This document shows positions 22,301-30,167 of a stretch of 64,000 bases of DNA, in pieces; positions within the stretch are counted from its first letter, which is position 1; every line of letters begins with the position of its first letter. The translations under genes were made by a program, and so were the position numbers. Under the pieces are notes generated by a model that worked only from the letters and a program-made list of their open reading frames with translations, searched no databases and was not told the DNA's origin. The stretch lies in sequence record NC_070882.1; one strand, 5' to 3'.

Positions 22301-22368
22301 AATGTCCATTTTACAACCTGGGTACTAGGATAGGCCCCAGGTTGTTTGTCAGGGTTAGCATATGCCAT
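19318..22368 (-). CDS. Modular virion protein, tail-fibre/receptor-binding candidate
   Basis: 1016 aa, beta-rich, GGAG RBS. C-terminal region has a TSP_C/ConA-lectin-like GDDDFLGVVLAF motif. Sits among structural genes. Confidence 0.55.
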   Translation of the reverse strand: MAYANPDKQPGAYPSTQVVKWTFDSNVATNGVAYSVNGLPPVVSEYIAYDSLSPPTPFIAVTQDGNGNVVYDGGFPKFMNPQAANISMTQGVLDFSARLQPDANGLDLCYYEVINNKTYIVKSGDVLVYDHYVFDDAYFGLDCTVYDETGNNPVRFRDYSPVIKDNGNPATATHPVMCRDRPEWKNKWVTRTVPLEAIVGKRLSTWTVAFENDADPILAREYRGQLRNARVLNGTTVAFDVMTDNLVVNPTTPQDWIGSWTVTRKRYLGPGKNLNSSQTYFKNCLDFIANPAKVASGNKNILVLGDATTGSYALKTAFNEYITKVAGAGGFTCTLKDQTDYDGTHLNPTLTELNNYAGLVFVGSLSDPDQSVNGKFTKTAVQDILTYRKAGNGIFIFTDHGPAINSIEEAYPVPTATNCFFVTANQLAVNFNAYFNGSVDRSNVNVGFIRSTYGDHVLYNDLTDGDFIVAGGSESSVVVKEVVFQKKDPVTLTLNPGKHTVNFLLKLTNGDVVPMTFVYLIGAGKYVIFRDNKGVEITQLLNDISDIADIVVELDGTSVGSMIADIFRVDITKVDPFRDIKVGTAVYDPATGSHQTIYPVDGIYVNNADLIKVRITQPFTYEATLPVTRYQPPIAGKYGRAENTLPLMPRYKTGGTTTEPIYSISHIQVPRRIIEEIQVVRPVYNLTAITQSVADHFKNIISYFAGELPRNEGQAFAYKTAADTSAALARLSPPTPKQIFDTWDRFYADEYFAKGQGIPPFLSDGTTPHPAGRWYWDDTIKAAVMPDNTSSITGFLSDEEPEQYTLEVTCQSNNGDDDFLGVVLAFVKEGDQSHHLTLALSRSNSNGNGRGNEAQNIIYDLSMGTRQNIISVNTGDYSNQGWNGAFKRVKVIRTGDIFNISISKWGTTEYDPTLSMTVDLNSDPLLAKFKGPKKYGYMAFSQPQSYFKDIVYTGLPRNIVCDMGSNKVYSWNGTGWVLMQNTTPKTIYGAPRVIRSFEDPTQAWRIPVNGTPVPVQ

Positions 22369-22380
22369 TTCAGGCTCCTA

Positions 22381-22767
22381 TTAAGGTACGATTTTTTTAT
22401 GGGGTGCTCTGACAATGACAATGTATGCAACAGTGGCAGACGACGGGTTAGCAATAACTAACGTACCATCGTCTTTAATACCCCAGGTTAATACAGCAGA
22501 AGCGTCAATGTAACAACCTTCGGTGAGAGAACCACTTACAGTATCTCTAATCTTTACTTCTACAGAAGCTGCACGGGGTACCTCTGAACCAGCTGGAATC
22601 AAAGGAACAAGATCATACGTCTTAGTTCCGCCTGCCGGTACCGTTGTACTCTCGTAGATGATGGCTGCTGCACCACCTCCACCAGAACCGCCGCCAGCGA
22701 TTAGTTCTTCGATCTTAAGTAGATAACGGTTGATGGCCGCAATCATACCTTTATTTGTATCACTCAT
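22381..22767 (-). CDS. Small virion structural protein candidate
   Basis: ATG 22767 after GGAG; Gly linker GGGSGGGG then a beta-rich domain; upstream of the tail-fibre-like gene. Confidence 0.55.
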   Translation of the reverse strand: MSDTNKGMIAAINRYLLKIEELIAGGGSGGGGAAAIIYESTTVPAGGTKTYDLVPLIPAGSEVPRAASVEVKIRDTVSGSLTEGCYIDASAVLTWGIKDDGTLVIANPSSATVAYIVIVRAPHKKIVP

Positions 22768-22779
22768 TGTAGACTCCAA

Positions 22780-25700
22780 TCACCGCAAATATGCGGGAAC
22801 ATTAGATTTGGGTTTAAGGGGTATCTCGAAATCAACTGCCGGAATCTCGATGTCGAATTTTTCGAATGCTTTCTGAAGAACGTTGTGTATTACTTTGTTC
22901 TCATCGAACTCTGTTTCATCACCATGATCTTCCATTGCTTCTCCAATTTCAAATGGAGATTTGATACCCATAATCGCTTCTACCTGATCTTGACTCCATT
23001 TAAGAATATCAGCCGATCGGGTAGAGATATTTGGGATATCTCCAGTATCGAGAGAACACTGGTAAACGACAACTTGAGAATCTTGACCTAAACGATAAGC
23101 ACGAGATATAGCCTGTTCTAGAATATAAGCTCTGAATGGACTATTCAATAGAATCAGAGTATCTGCCATTGTCAGGCGAACAGCTGTAGATAGAGAAGCA
23201 TATGTAGCATTGAGTGGATTTAGTTCCTTACTCGAATCGAAACGTTTAACGATTTCAGCCAGTTCATTAGTAGTCTTCCCATAAACGGCCAGTGGTTTCA
23301 TACCTAGCTTAACGCAATGTGTATCCGCAGCTTCTACTGCTTCAACAAAGCTAGTAAACATAATCGTCTTCTTGTGAGTGGATTCTGTAATACCGACCCA
23401 GTCAACATACGGGACCATTGCCACGTGGCATTCAATACGTTTACCACCTAACACACGTCCAAGACATTCACCTTGAATCTTAAGGTTAGTATATTTGATA
23501 ACCGATTTAATATCCCTGAACTCATGGATGAACTGCTTTGGAAGGGAAGGACCAAATACTAATTTTTCATATTGGTTCGTTGCTTTAATTTCCTCTCCTG
23601 CAAAGCGTGGATCAGGGATCTGTTGAACATACTTGACCAGATCCAAGTACTCTTTGAAGGCTCTTTCCTGTGCGGCTGTTTTGAGGGTTTTTCGATGGAG
23701 TCCACAGAACTCTGCCCAGCGTCTATCATCTTCAGGTCTCCGCTTCTTGTAGTAAGCCCAGCGTTCTTGAATAAATGCTTCCATTACCTTTCTAATAGCC
23801 GGAAGGGTGAAGTCATCACCATTCGGAATTTTAATTGGATAAGGACGCATGATCGGGGGCTCTAGATCGAGTTCTTGTTTCTCTACCTTGTAGGATACAA
23901 GACCTAATCGATGTCTGATAATATCGAGTCCTTTAGAGGCTTCTTTACCATACATCTTCTTGAAGCGTTCTTCTACCTGCGGAGTGAATAGAGGATCTAC
24001 TATTCGCAGTAAGTTAATCAGTTCAACACCCAATGCTTTTACAGGCGTACCCGAAGCTAAAAGATTATTACGAGAACCGACCATCTTTACAATGAGTTGA
24101 TAAAGTTTAGTCCGTGTAGAGTTAGGGTCATTCATGTTGTGCGATTCATCTAGAATCGTCACAGTACGTTTGCTACCAACTATATTACGGTTTCTAAGAA
24201 GTTCTACTACCTTATCCATTGCATCGTAATGACAGACGATCCAACGCTGTCCTTTGTAGGGCATATTAGGTTCGAACGTATGCCAAACTGTTTGCGGTTT
24301 ATGGAACATCTCTTTCAGGGAATCTAACCAGACTAGATCCAAAGCATTCTTAGGGCACATTACAACAATGAGTTCAGCATCAAGCATCTCGGCAATAGCT
24401 GAAGTAAGATATGTGTTATGTGTCACTATGAAATCGTTCGTAATAAACAAATGATCAGGGTGCTCAACGCTAATGCATTGCGTCTCAATCCTTTCGGAAA
24501 GATTTACGTGTGTGATCTTAAGCTTGAGTGTTTCACCGGCATACTGACCGTTATCATTACATCGTTCGCGTTTGCGAGTTAATCTAAACAACGTGCTGGG
24601 TTCAGGGAAACGAACGTTAACCCGATATGCCGCGTTACCTTCACGACGTTCACCAAGATAAGTGTAATGCGGCTCTCTAACCTGAATCTTAGCAATGCCG
24701 CCTAACGATCTAATCAGGTATTGGAATTGAGTAGCCAAACGGTAACTACTACTACAGAAGCTAACGTTACTATTCTCATCTACGGTACCATCGGTGTCCA
24801 TTAAGCCCTGGATGATTGCCAAACGTTGTTCCGTCGATCCATGGAGATACTGGTCAGGAATAAACTTATCAAGGGCTGTCTTACCCATTAATCCGAGTTC
24901 ACGAAAAATATCGAGATAGGTGTTTTTCTCCCCGTCTTTAGCAACGATACCACGCGTCTTATGATCGCGAGTAACAAACTTAAGGTTATCCGGAAGTTTT
25001 ACCAGATCAAATATTTCTTGATCACCCTTAGTAATATCGATACCTTTAGATAGGCATCCATCGCCTAAGATAACACCGAGGTTATATGGATCAATAGGAA
25101 GATCTAGGGCTGGAGTATCTTCGGATTTGCAAAGCTGGATATACAAACGATTCTTAAAACTCGGCATTTGCATGTAAGCAAAGAGTTCTTTGGTATTGAT
25201 TATTTTCCAACCATCTCCTCCATATCGTGTCCAGTCGTATTTATAGACGCGCCAAAGATGTTCATCGCATGCATCTACTTCCCGCCCATCTTTGAACTTG
25301 ATCGTGAAAGTTTGACGCTTACCTTGTGGGTACACGCCGGTCACACGTGTAGGGGTACCATCCCAAGCGGTGACAATATCGCCTACTTTAACATCACCCA
25401 TTTTAATCCAGCCACCTGGTATCTTGATGTCGGCGTCCAAACGAAGAGATTTACCCGTACCGGCGGCCGCGGCAATTAAGTCACCATTTAGATTGTATTG
25501 ATCTAGCCGATATGTGTAGTTCTTGAAATACTCTAATTGATACGGTTTTGGATCAAATTTTAATCGAGACAGATTAGCTAGATTAAGTCTCCCTTGTACT
25601 GATTTCTCATCAATGGCTTTAGTAGAGGCAAGCCAAGTATTCTGTAAAAGCGCATCTTTAATAGCAGCGATCATTTTTACAGAGGTGTATCGAGAACGGT

Positions 25701-25929
25701 AATAGACAATGTTTTCCAACATGTACATTACTTCAGGAGCAAAGAACTTATAGAAGCTTAATGAGTTCCGACCAATGTTGTTGAACAAGTTGGTTGTAAT
25801 CTTGGAGGTCTTCCAATGCTTACTGATATCTCGGACTATGTCGAATCCACGAATACCAGAGATGATAATCTCCGTTTCAGTTTCTTTGACTGTCAAGCCG
25901 CCAAATATCGAACGGAATGAGTCTAACAT
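22780..25929 (-). CDS. SNF2/SF2 helicase (phiKZ gp203-like) containing an intein
   Basis: Walker A AAAGTGK|T split by the intein; ILDESH Walker B, ASGTP, QAISRAYRLGQ motif VI. Confidence 0.85.
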   Translation of the reverse strand: MLDSFRSIFGGLTVKETETEIIISGIRGFDIVRDISKHWKTSKITTNLFNNIGRNSLSFYKFFAPEVMYMLENIVYYRSRYTSVKMIAAIKDALLQNTWLASTKAIDEKSVQGRLNLANLSRLKFDPKPYQLEYFKNYTYRLDQYNLNGDLIAAAAGTGKSLRLDADIKIPGGWIKMGDVKVGDIVTAWDGTPTRVTGVYPQGKRQTFTIKFKDGREVDACDEHLWRVYKYDWTRYGGDGWKIINTKELFAYMQMPSFKNRLYIQLCKSEDTPALDLPIDPYNLGVILGDGCLSKGIDITKGDQEIFDLVKLPDNLKFVTRDHKTRGIVAKDGEKNTYLDIFRELGLMGKTALDKFIPDQYLHGSTEQRLAIIQGLMDTDGTVDENSNVSFCSSSYRLATQFQYLIRSLGGIAKIQVREPHYTYLGERREGNAAYRVNVRFPEPSTLFRLTRKRERCNDNGQYAGETLKLKITHVNLSERIETQCISVEHPDHLFITNDFIVTHNTYLTSAIAEMLDAELIVVMCPKNALDLVWLDSLKEMFHKPQTVWHTFEPNMPYKGQRWIVCHYDAMDKVVELLRNRNIVGSKRTVTILDESHNMNDPNSTRTKLYQLIVKMVGSRNNLLASGTPVKALGVELINLLRIVDPLFTPQVEERFKKMYGKEASKGLDIIRHRLGLVSYKVEKQELDLEPPIMRPYPIKIPNGDDFTLPAIRKVMEAFIQERWAYYKKRRPEDDRRWAEFCGLHRKTLKTAAQERAFKEYLDLVKYVQQIPDPRFAGEEIKATNQYEKLVFGPSLPKQFIHEFRDIKSVIKYTNLKIQGECLGRVLGGKRIECHVAMVPYVDWVGITESTHKKTIMFTSFVEAVEAADTHCVKLGMKPLAVYGKTTNELAEIVKRFDSSKELNPLNATYASLSTAVRLTMADTLILLNSPFRAYILEQAISRAYRLGQDSQVVVYQCSLDTGDIPNISTRSADILKWSQDQVEAIMGIKSPFEIGEAMEDHGDETEFDENKVIHNVLQKAFEKFDIEIPAVDFEIPLKPKSNVPAYLR
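24415..25449 (-). mobile_element. Intein with LAGLIDADG homing endonuclease (345 aa)
   Basis: Starts SLRLDADIKIP after GTGK and ends FIVTHN before T. LAGLIDADG blocks LGVILGDG and IIQGLMDTDG. Confidence 0.9.
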
Positions 25930-25955
25930 GTGGGTTTATCCTTAAGGGGTAAATT

Positions 25956-25965
25956 CATAGAATTG
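25956..25965 (-). promoter_or_regulatory. Candidate late promoter of the helicase
   Basis: Minus strand CAATTCTATG contains the phiKZ late TATG motif about 27 nt upstream of the start codon. Confidence 0.4.
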
Positions 25966-25986
25966 GCCTACGTGTAAGATTTAGAA

Positions 25987-25995
25987 AAAGATTAC
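25987..25995 (+). promoter_or_regulatory. Candidate phiKZ-type middle promoter for the ncRNA
   Basis: AAAGATTAC matches AAanntTAC; centred about 24 nt upstream of 26014, where the RNA stem begins. Confidence 0.45.
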
Positions 25996-26010
25996 TAAAA
26001 CAGTAATGAT

Positions 26011-26192
26011 ATAGTCAAGGCAGTCGCGCATAGCGCTGCACTTTAAGGGGGTGATCCAGCCGATTCTTTAACTTGATACGTTAAAGTATTTGCGGGAGCA
26101 AAGACGAGTATCTAACTACGGTGCCTTGACGACTATGTTTGGACTCTCTAATCTAAACAGACATATCGCCCGGCTCAATGCCGGGCTTTATG
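26011..26192 (+). ncRNA. Structured ncRNA antisense to the 16S rRNA 3' end
   Basis: ORF-free interval. Closing stem ATAGTCAAGGCA / TGCCTTGAC(GAC)TAT with internal hairpins. 26044-26062 TAAGGGGGTGATCCAGCCG is 18/19 identical to the reverse complement of the 16S 3' end. 26116-26134 resembles the complement of 16S 1493-1514. Terminator at 26168-26192. Confidence 0.7.
26168..26192. terminator. Hairpin terminator (bidirectional candidate)
   Basis: GCCCGGC-TCAAT-GCCGGGC-TTTATG, preceded by ACATA. Confidence 0.75.
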
Positions 26193-26197
26193 TTGTC

Positions 26198-27151
26198 TCA
26201 TCGAATCAAACGTAAAGCTGGATTGAATCCACGGCTACTACCATAAGCTGTAAAAGCATTGTCAAGCTGGTGAGCGATAGATGTGCTAAATCCACGTTGG
26301 ATACAACGGTTATCTTCAGTAACAGCTTTATAGAAAATATTCAAGCCATTACCTGGAGCTATAGACGATGGTAACTGATTACCATAACGACTACGTTGAT
26401 AACCAGAATACAACTGTCCAGTTGGGTTTACTGCTGTATTGAATAGACGTTCGAAGGTATCTAAAGCTAGATCATTCATCACATGGAGACTTACCATCGC
26501 ATCAGTAGCATTGGTGTATACTACCTTATCACCATGTGGGATACATCCAACAGCAAAACTATTACCATTCCTAGAATAGATCTTACCTTGCATTACAGCT
26601 GGATTAGTAAGAGATGATGGCAAAGTACCAACACCATCTTCTACCGTATCAAGGAGAACACCTGCCCTATAAACATCCATGAATGCCATTCCAGAATATG
26701 GAACTCTGTTCGGGATGTAATACGTTATACCTTTGAACTGTATCTTCCATGCTTCTGTTGGTTGATCAACAGTATTCGTGAAGTTAGATGGTAAAGCAAA
26801 ATTTGTTTTAAAATCAGCTACCTCAAAAACATCTTCGATTGGACATGTTCCGAAGTAGCCAATCCACCAGTCACCGAATACGGGAGTTTCGGGACCAGGT
26901 CCTTTATTAGTGTAATCAATAATGCAAATAGCTTTTACATCACTCAATACGAAAGAACCTGTATTGTCCGTACCAATAACAAGATAGAAATAAGGTGTAT
27001 CTTTCAAAGCAGTATCGTCTACAAATTCTCGATCAGTAACATCCAGCTGCTTAAAAACAGCTGGAAGATTATTCACATCAAATGGTTCTGTAGAACGATA
27101 AGCTTTTAAGTCAACAATATCACCTGTAACCGAAAAGCCTACTTTAATCAT
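26198..27151 (-). CDS. Virion structural protein, paralog family member 1
   Basis: FN3-like N-terminus (AYRS...FVDDT...YFYLV), GPGP...GD...GYFG motif, C-terminal GFNPALRLI. Confidence 0.7.
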   Translation of the reverse strand: MIKVGFSVTGDIVDLKAYRSTEPFDVNNLPAVFKQLDVTDREFVDDTALKDTPYFYLVIGTDNTGSFVLSDVKAICIIDYTNKGPGPETPVFGDWWIGYFGTCPIEDVFEVADFKTNFALPSNFTNTVDQPTEAWKIQFKGITYYIPNRVPYSGMAFMDVYRAGVLLDTVEDGVGTLPSSLTNPAVMQGKIYSRNGNSFAVGCIPHGDKVVYTNATDAMVSLHVMNDLALDTFERLFNTAVNPTGQLYSGYQRSRYGNQLPSSIAPGNGLNIFYKAVTEDNRCIQRGFSTSIAHQLDNAFTAYGSSRGFNPALRLIR

Positions 27152-27159
27152 CGAATCAC

Positions 27160-28110
27160 CTATAGCTCTAGTTCTAGAATTGGCATGAATGCAGCCGCGC
27201 TATTTACCAGAGTACTGGAAACGTTTATAAGCGCTGCACCTCTGACCAATATAGACTGGGTTTCACCTACGAATGTACGCGTCATGAAGATACCCGAACC
27301 AGGTGCGCCGCCCGTCATTACAACGTTCGTTGAAGTCGAGTTAACGCGTGTTTTAAGGTTAGGCTTATTGATGTTCGATGCATATGCAATTAGACGATCC
27401 CATGTGAGACCAAGTAGATCATTAAACTGATCATAGACAGCCTGTCCAGCAGCTATACTTGCGAGTGATCGTTCACCAGCAAATGTAGGCAGGCCAACTC
27501 TGTAACTATGATTCTTAATAATGACAGTCTTACCTTGTTCGGTTGGCGTACCAACTACAGTCTTAACAGGAGCAGGAAGATCATCCCAATGGTCTCCAGG
27601 TGTTGACCAAGCACAACCCGCATTATAGACATCGACCCAACGTAGGTTATAAGCCACGTAGCGAATTGGTAGCATGAAAATGCGCCCATCTACAACGAAC
27701 TTATGCCAAATAAAATCCGTTACAGGTGGAATTCTAATATCAGTCAAAAGACTGAGTCCACAAAGATCTGTTATTTCACCAGGTAATACAAAATCTGGAA
27801 CCTCACCAAAATAACCTAATTCATAGTCTCCAGAACGAAGGGTATTTGGTCCGAAACCAGTGTAAGGCATGTTAGCAAGTGCAACCACTTTGGAATAGGT
27901 TACATCACCATTCTCAAAATTAGAACCGATGCAGTAATAGTAGACTTTATTTCTAATAGCTGTTGTATCATCGTATTCTTTGATGTTTCCTTGCACATTA
28001 ACTAATACACTAGGTAATGTCGATTCATCGAATTTTGTTTCAGATCGAAAAATATCAAATGTGACTGCTTCTCGATCATTGGTCAAACCCCATTGTACTT
28101 TAATACCCAT
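27160..28110 (-). CDS. Virion structural protein, paralog family member 2
   Basis: IFRSE...YDDTT...YYYCI, GFGP..L.SGD...GYFG, WHKF, C-terminal FMPILEL. Confidence 0.7.
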   Translation of the reverse strand: MGIKVQWGLTNDREAVTFDIFRSETKFDESTLPSVLVNVQGNIKEYDDTTAIRNKVYYYCIGSNFENGDVTYSKVVALANMPYTGFGPNTLRSGDYELGYFGEVPDFVLPGEITDLCGLSLLTDIRIPPVTDFIWHKFVVDGRIFMLPIRYVAYNLRWVDVYNAGCAWSTPGDHWDDLPAPVKTVVGTPTEQGKTVIIKNHSYRVGLPTFAGERSLASIAAGQAVYDQFNDLLGLTWDRLIAYASNINKPNLKTRVNSTSTNVVMTGGAPGSGIFMTRTFVGETQSILVRGAALINVSSTLVNSAAAFMPILELEL

Positions 28111-28112
28111 GA

Positions 28113-29099
28113 TTACACCTCAAAGTCAACGAAGTTACCAGGGATAAGTTCCAGTACAGGGAACCAAATGTTTGAACTTGAGGTTCTACCTGTATGTTGA
28201 GGTACAAGAGCCGAAGCTTTCGTTGCACTCGTACTTCGCGAAATATATGCAGAGGCTGGAGTGGTTGGAGTATCTCGTGTTAGAATAGCTTTACTATTAA
28301 CACGTGTAGCCTCATTGTCACCGGTTACGTTAACTCGTTCCAATGTTTTATTAGCATAGAACTGGCTAGTCATACCAGCTAAAAATAACTCGACGGTACC
28401 ATTGCTGAGAGATGGGTCAGAATTACCTAATGCAGTCGCTGCGGATGACGATAGATCACTAACAGAATTAGGATCATCGTGATCAACTAGAACGGAAGGC
28501 AAAGATACTTCAAATTCAGATAGAGCAAAATTAATTCGCTTGCCCTGAGGAACAGGAGTAGTCACACCAGGGACAGCGGATGGTACCGCGTTCTTACTGT
28601 ACACTAGACCCGCATTATAGAGGTCCATCCAGTACAGAGTACCAGTAGCGATGGAATATTCAGGTACATAGAAAGTCCGTCCTTTCCATGCGAATTTATG
28701 CCAACGTTGACCAGCATTATTAGCTGCGGTCCAGGACAAACCACAACGAGCGATTAGTTCACTGTCCGAAATAAATTCAACAGTGGGAAGAGAACCGTAG
28801 TAACCATAATTGATGTTACCTGCAACTAAGCGCTGTGGACCAGGTCCAGTGAAAGGTACCGCATGGAACTGGAATACACGAGATTTAGCTACATCCCCAT
28901 CTTTCGATGATTCAAACATGTAGTAGTAAATAAGTCCATATGTAAGCCCTTCGTCAGCATAACCATCAACGTCACCATTGACTTCTGCTATTGGTGTACC
29001 AGGGTTGTTTCTATCAATCATTGTTGCCGATCGATAAATTTTAATACTTACGGACGCGTCGTTTGGGTTTACCCAACGTAGATTGATTGTAAATGCCAT
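28113..29099 (-). CDS. Virion structural protein, paralog family member 3
   Basis: IYRS...YADE...YYYM, GPGP..L.AGN...GYYG, WHKF, WFPVLELI. Confidence 0.7.
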   Translation of the reverse strand: MAFTINLRWVNPNDASVSIKIYRSATMIDRNNPGTPIAEVNGDVDGYADEGLTYGLIYYYMFESSKDGDVAKSRVFQFHAVPFTGPGPQRLVAGNINYGYYGSLPTVEFISDSELIARCGLSWTAANNAGQRWHKFAWKGRTFYVPEYSIATGTLYWMDLYNAGLVYSKNAVPSAVPGVTTPVPQGKRINFALSEFEVSLPSVLVDHDDPNSVSDLSSSAATALGNSDPSLSNGTVELFLAGMTSQFYANKTLERVNVTGDNEATRVNSKAILTRDTPTTPASAYISRSTSATKASALVPQHTGRTSSSNIWFPVLELIPGNFVDFEV

Positions 29100-29111
29100 G
29101 TTAAATCATCC

Positions 29112-30062
29112 TCATGTGAAACTAAAGCTATTAATTCTAACTTCAGCTGTTTTATCTATCTTTCGCGATATACTGTTCAAGTCGATAAGCGTTTCATCTT
29201 GTGGGGCATTGCTAATATAAGCAATACTTACAGGAGTTGGTAGTGAAGTAAGCTGAATAATAGGTTGAATTCCACCAGAGCTGATTTCTGTATTGGTTAT
29301 AATACTAGCTTCGGCTAAATTACTGTAAGCATTAATAGTCGTTTCTATTGGTACTAGGTGATATTCATCTTTAGGAATCAGCTCTAATACCGGACGCCAA
29401 ATACCATTATTCGTTGGGGCATTATTATTTACGGACGTGATACTTGTGTTGTAAAACTGATACATTGGGCGCTGGGCTGTATTTAATGCCTTTGTCCATG
29501 TACCGTTACCAAGACCGATAACACTTGTGGGTCTATTGTCCCAAGACCCATTAGTCACTCGTGTAAATACCTGACCAAGTTCACTTGTTGGGTCTTCATT
29601 ATTAGTTGGAGTGAATGGGTTCTCAGTTAGATGACCCATACGGATTCTAAACTGCCAGCTCCCTTCATCGTCAGTAAAATGATAGAACTTATCTTGAACG
29701 GTATTATATCCACTTGGAATATTTTGACCAATCGTGTTGTCTCCAAATACAAGGCCTTTGTCGTAAAGAACCTTCCATGAGACGTTGGTCATGTAGATAG
29801 ATAAAGGTGCAAAACAAACCTTACCCATCCAGAAATATTTAACCCATTGTTGATTAGCGAACGAACCTACAATAGAGTTGGTATAGTCGGCTATATCTGC
29901 CTGTTCGATAAACCGTTCACGAAAATAAATATCTTTCGAATCGACTAGACCGAAATACCCAAGTGTCTCATTACCCTTTATTAGGAATTTACTTCCTGGC
30001 CCAGAAAATGGATACTCTATAGCTTGCTTCTTTTGACTCAATGATAACAGCACTTCAAACAT
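29112..30062 (-). CDS. Virion structural protein, paralog family member 4
   Basis: Lacks the FN3-like N-terminus; GPG...IKGN...GYFG, WVKY, WRPVLELI, then a C-terminal extension. Confidence 0.7.
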   Translation of the reverse strand: MFEVLLSLSQKKQAIEYPFSGPGSKFLIKGNETLGYFGLVDSKDIYFRERFIEQADIADYTNSIVGSFANQQWVKYFWMGKVCFAPLSIYMTNVSWKVLYDKGLVFGDNTIGQNIPSGYNTVQDKFYHFTDDEGSWQFRIRMGHLTENPFTPTNNEDPTSELGQVFTRVTNGSWDNRPTSVIGLGNGTWTKALNTAQRPMYQFYNTSITSVNNNAPTNNGIWRPVLELIPKDEYHLVPIETTINAYSNLAEASIITNTEISSGGIQPIIQLTSLPTPVSIAYISNAPQDETLIDLNSISRKIDKTAEVRINSFSFT

Positions 30063-30106
30063 ATTAGCACCTTTGCTGTTAAGGAAGAACTATAGGATTG
30101 CCTAAT

Positions 30107-30131
30107 AAAAATTATCTTACATCTATATTAC
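30107..30131 (+). promoter_or_regulatory. Candidate phage early promoter
   Basis: AAAAATTATCTTACATCTATATTAC contains an exact TATATTAC at the head of the rightward block. Confidence 0.7.
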
Positions 30132-30167
30132 CTAAGAGAACATCTTTTCAAAGAAAGGAGAATACCG

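Noticed and set aside
26044-26083. Arm 1 as a very strong Shine-Dalgarno for a + strand ORF
   Set aside because: No start codon at normal spacing; the nearest TTG (26072) opens only TTG-ATA-CGT-TAA.
26011-26140. rRNA gene or contaminating host rrn fragment
   Set aside because: Only two short segments match, separated by an unrelated structured insert; no further 16S or ITS-like sequence; flanks are phage genes. A remote capture origin is not excluded.
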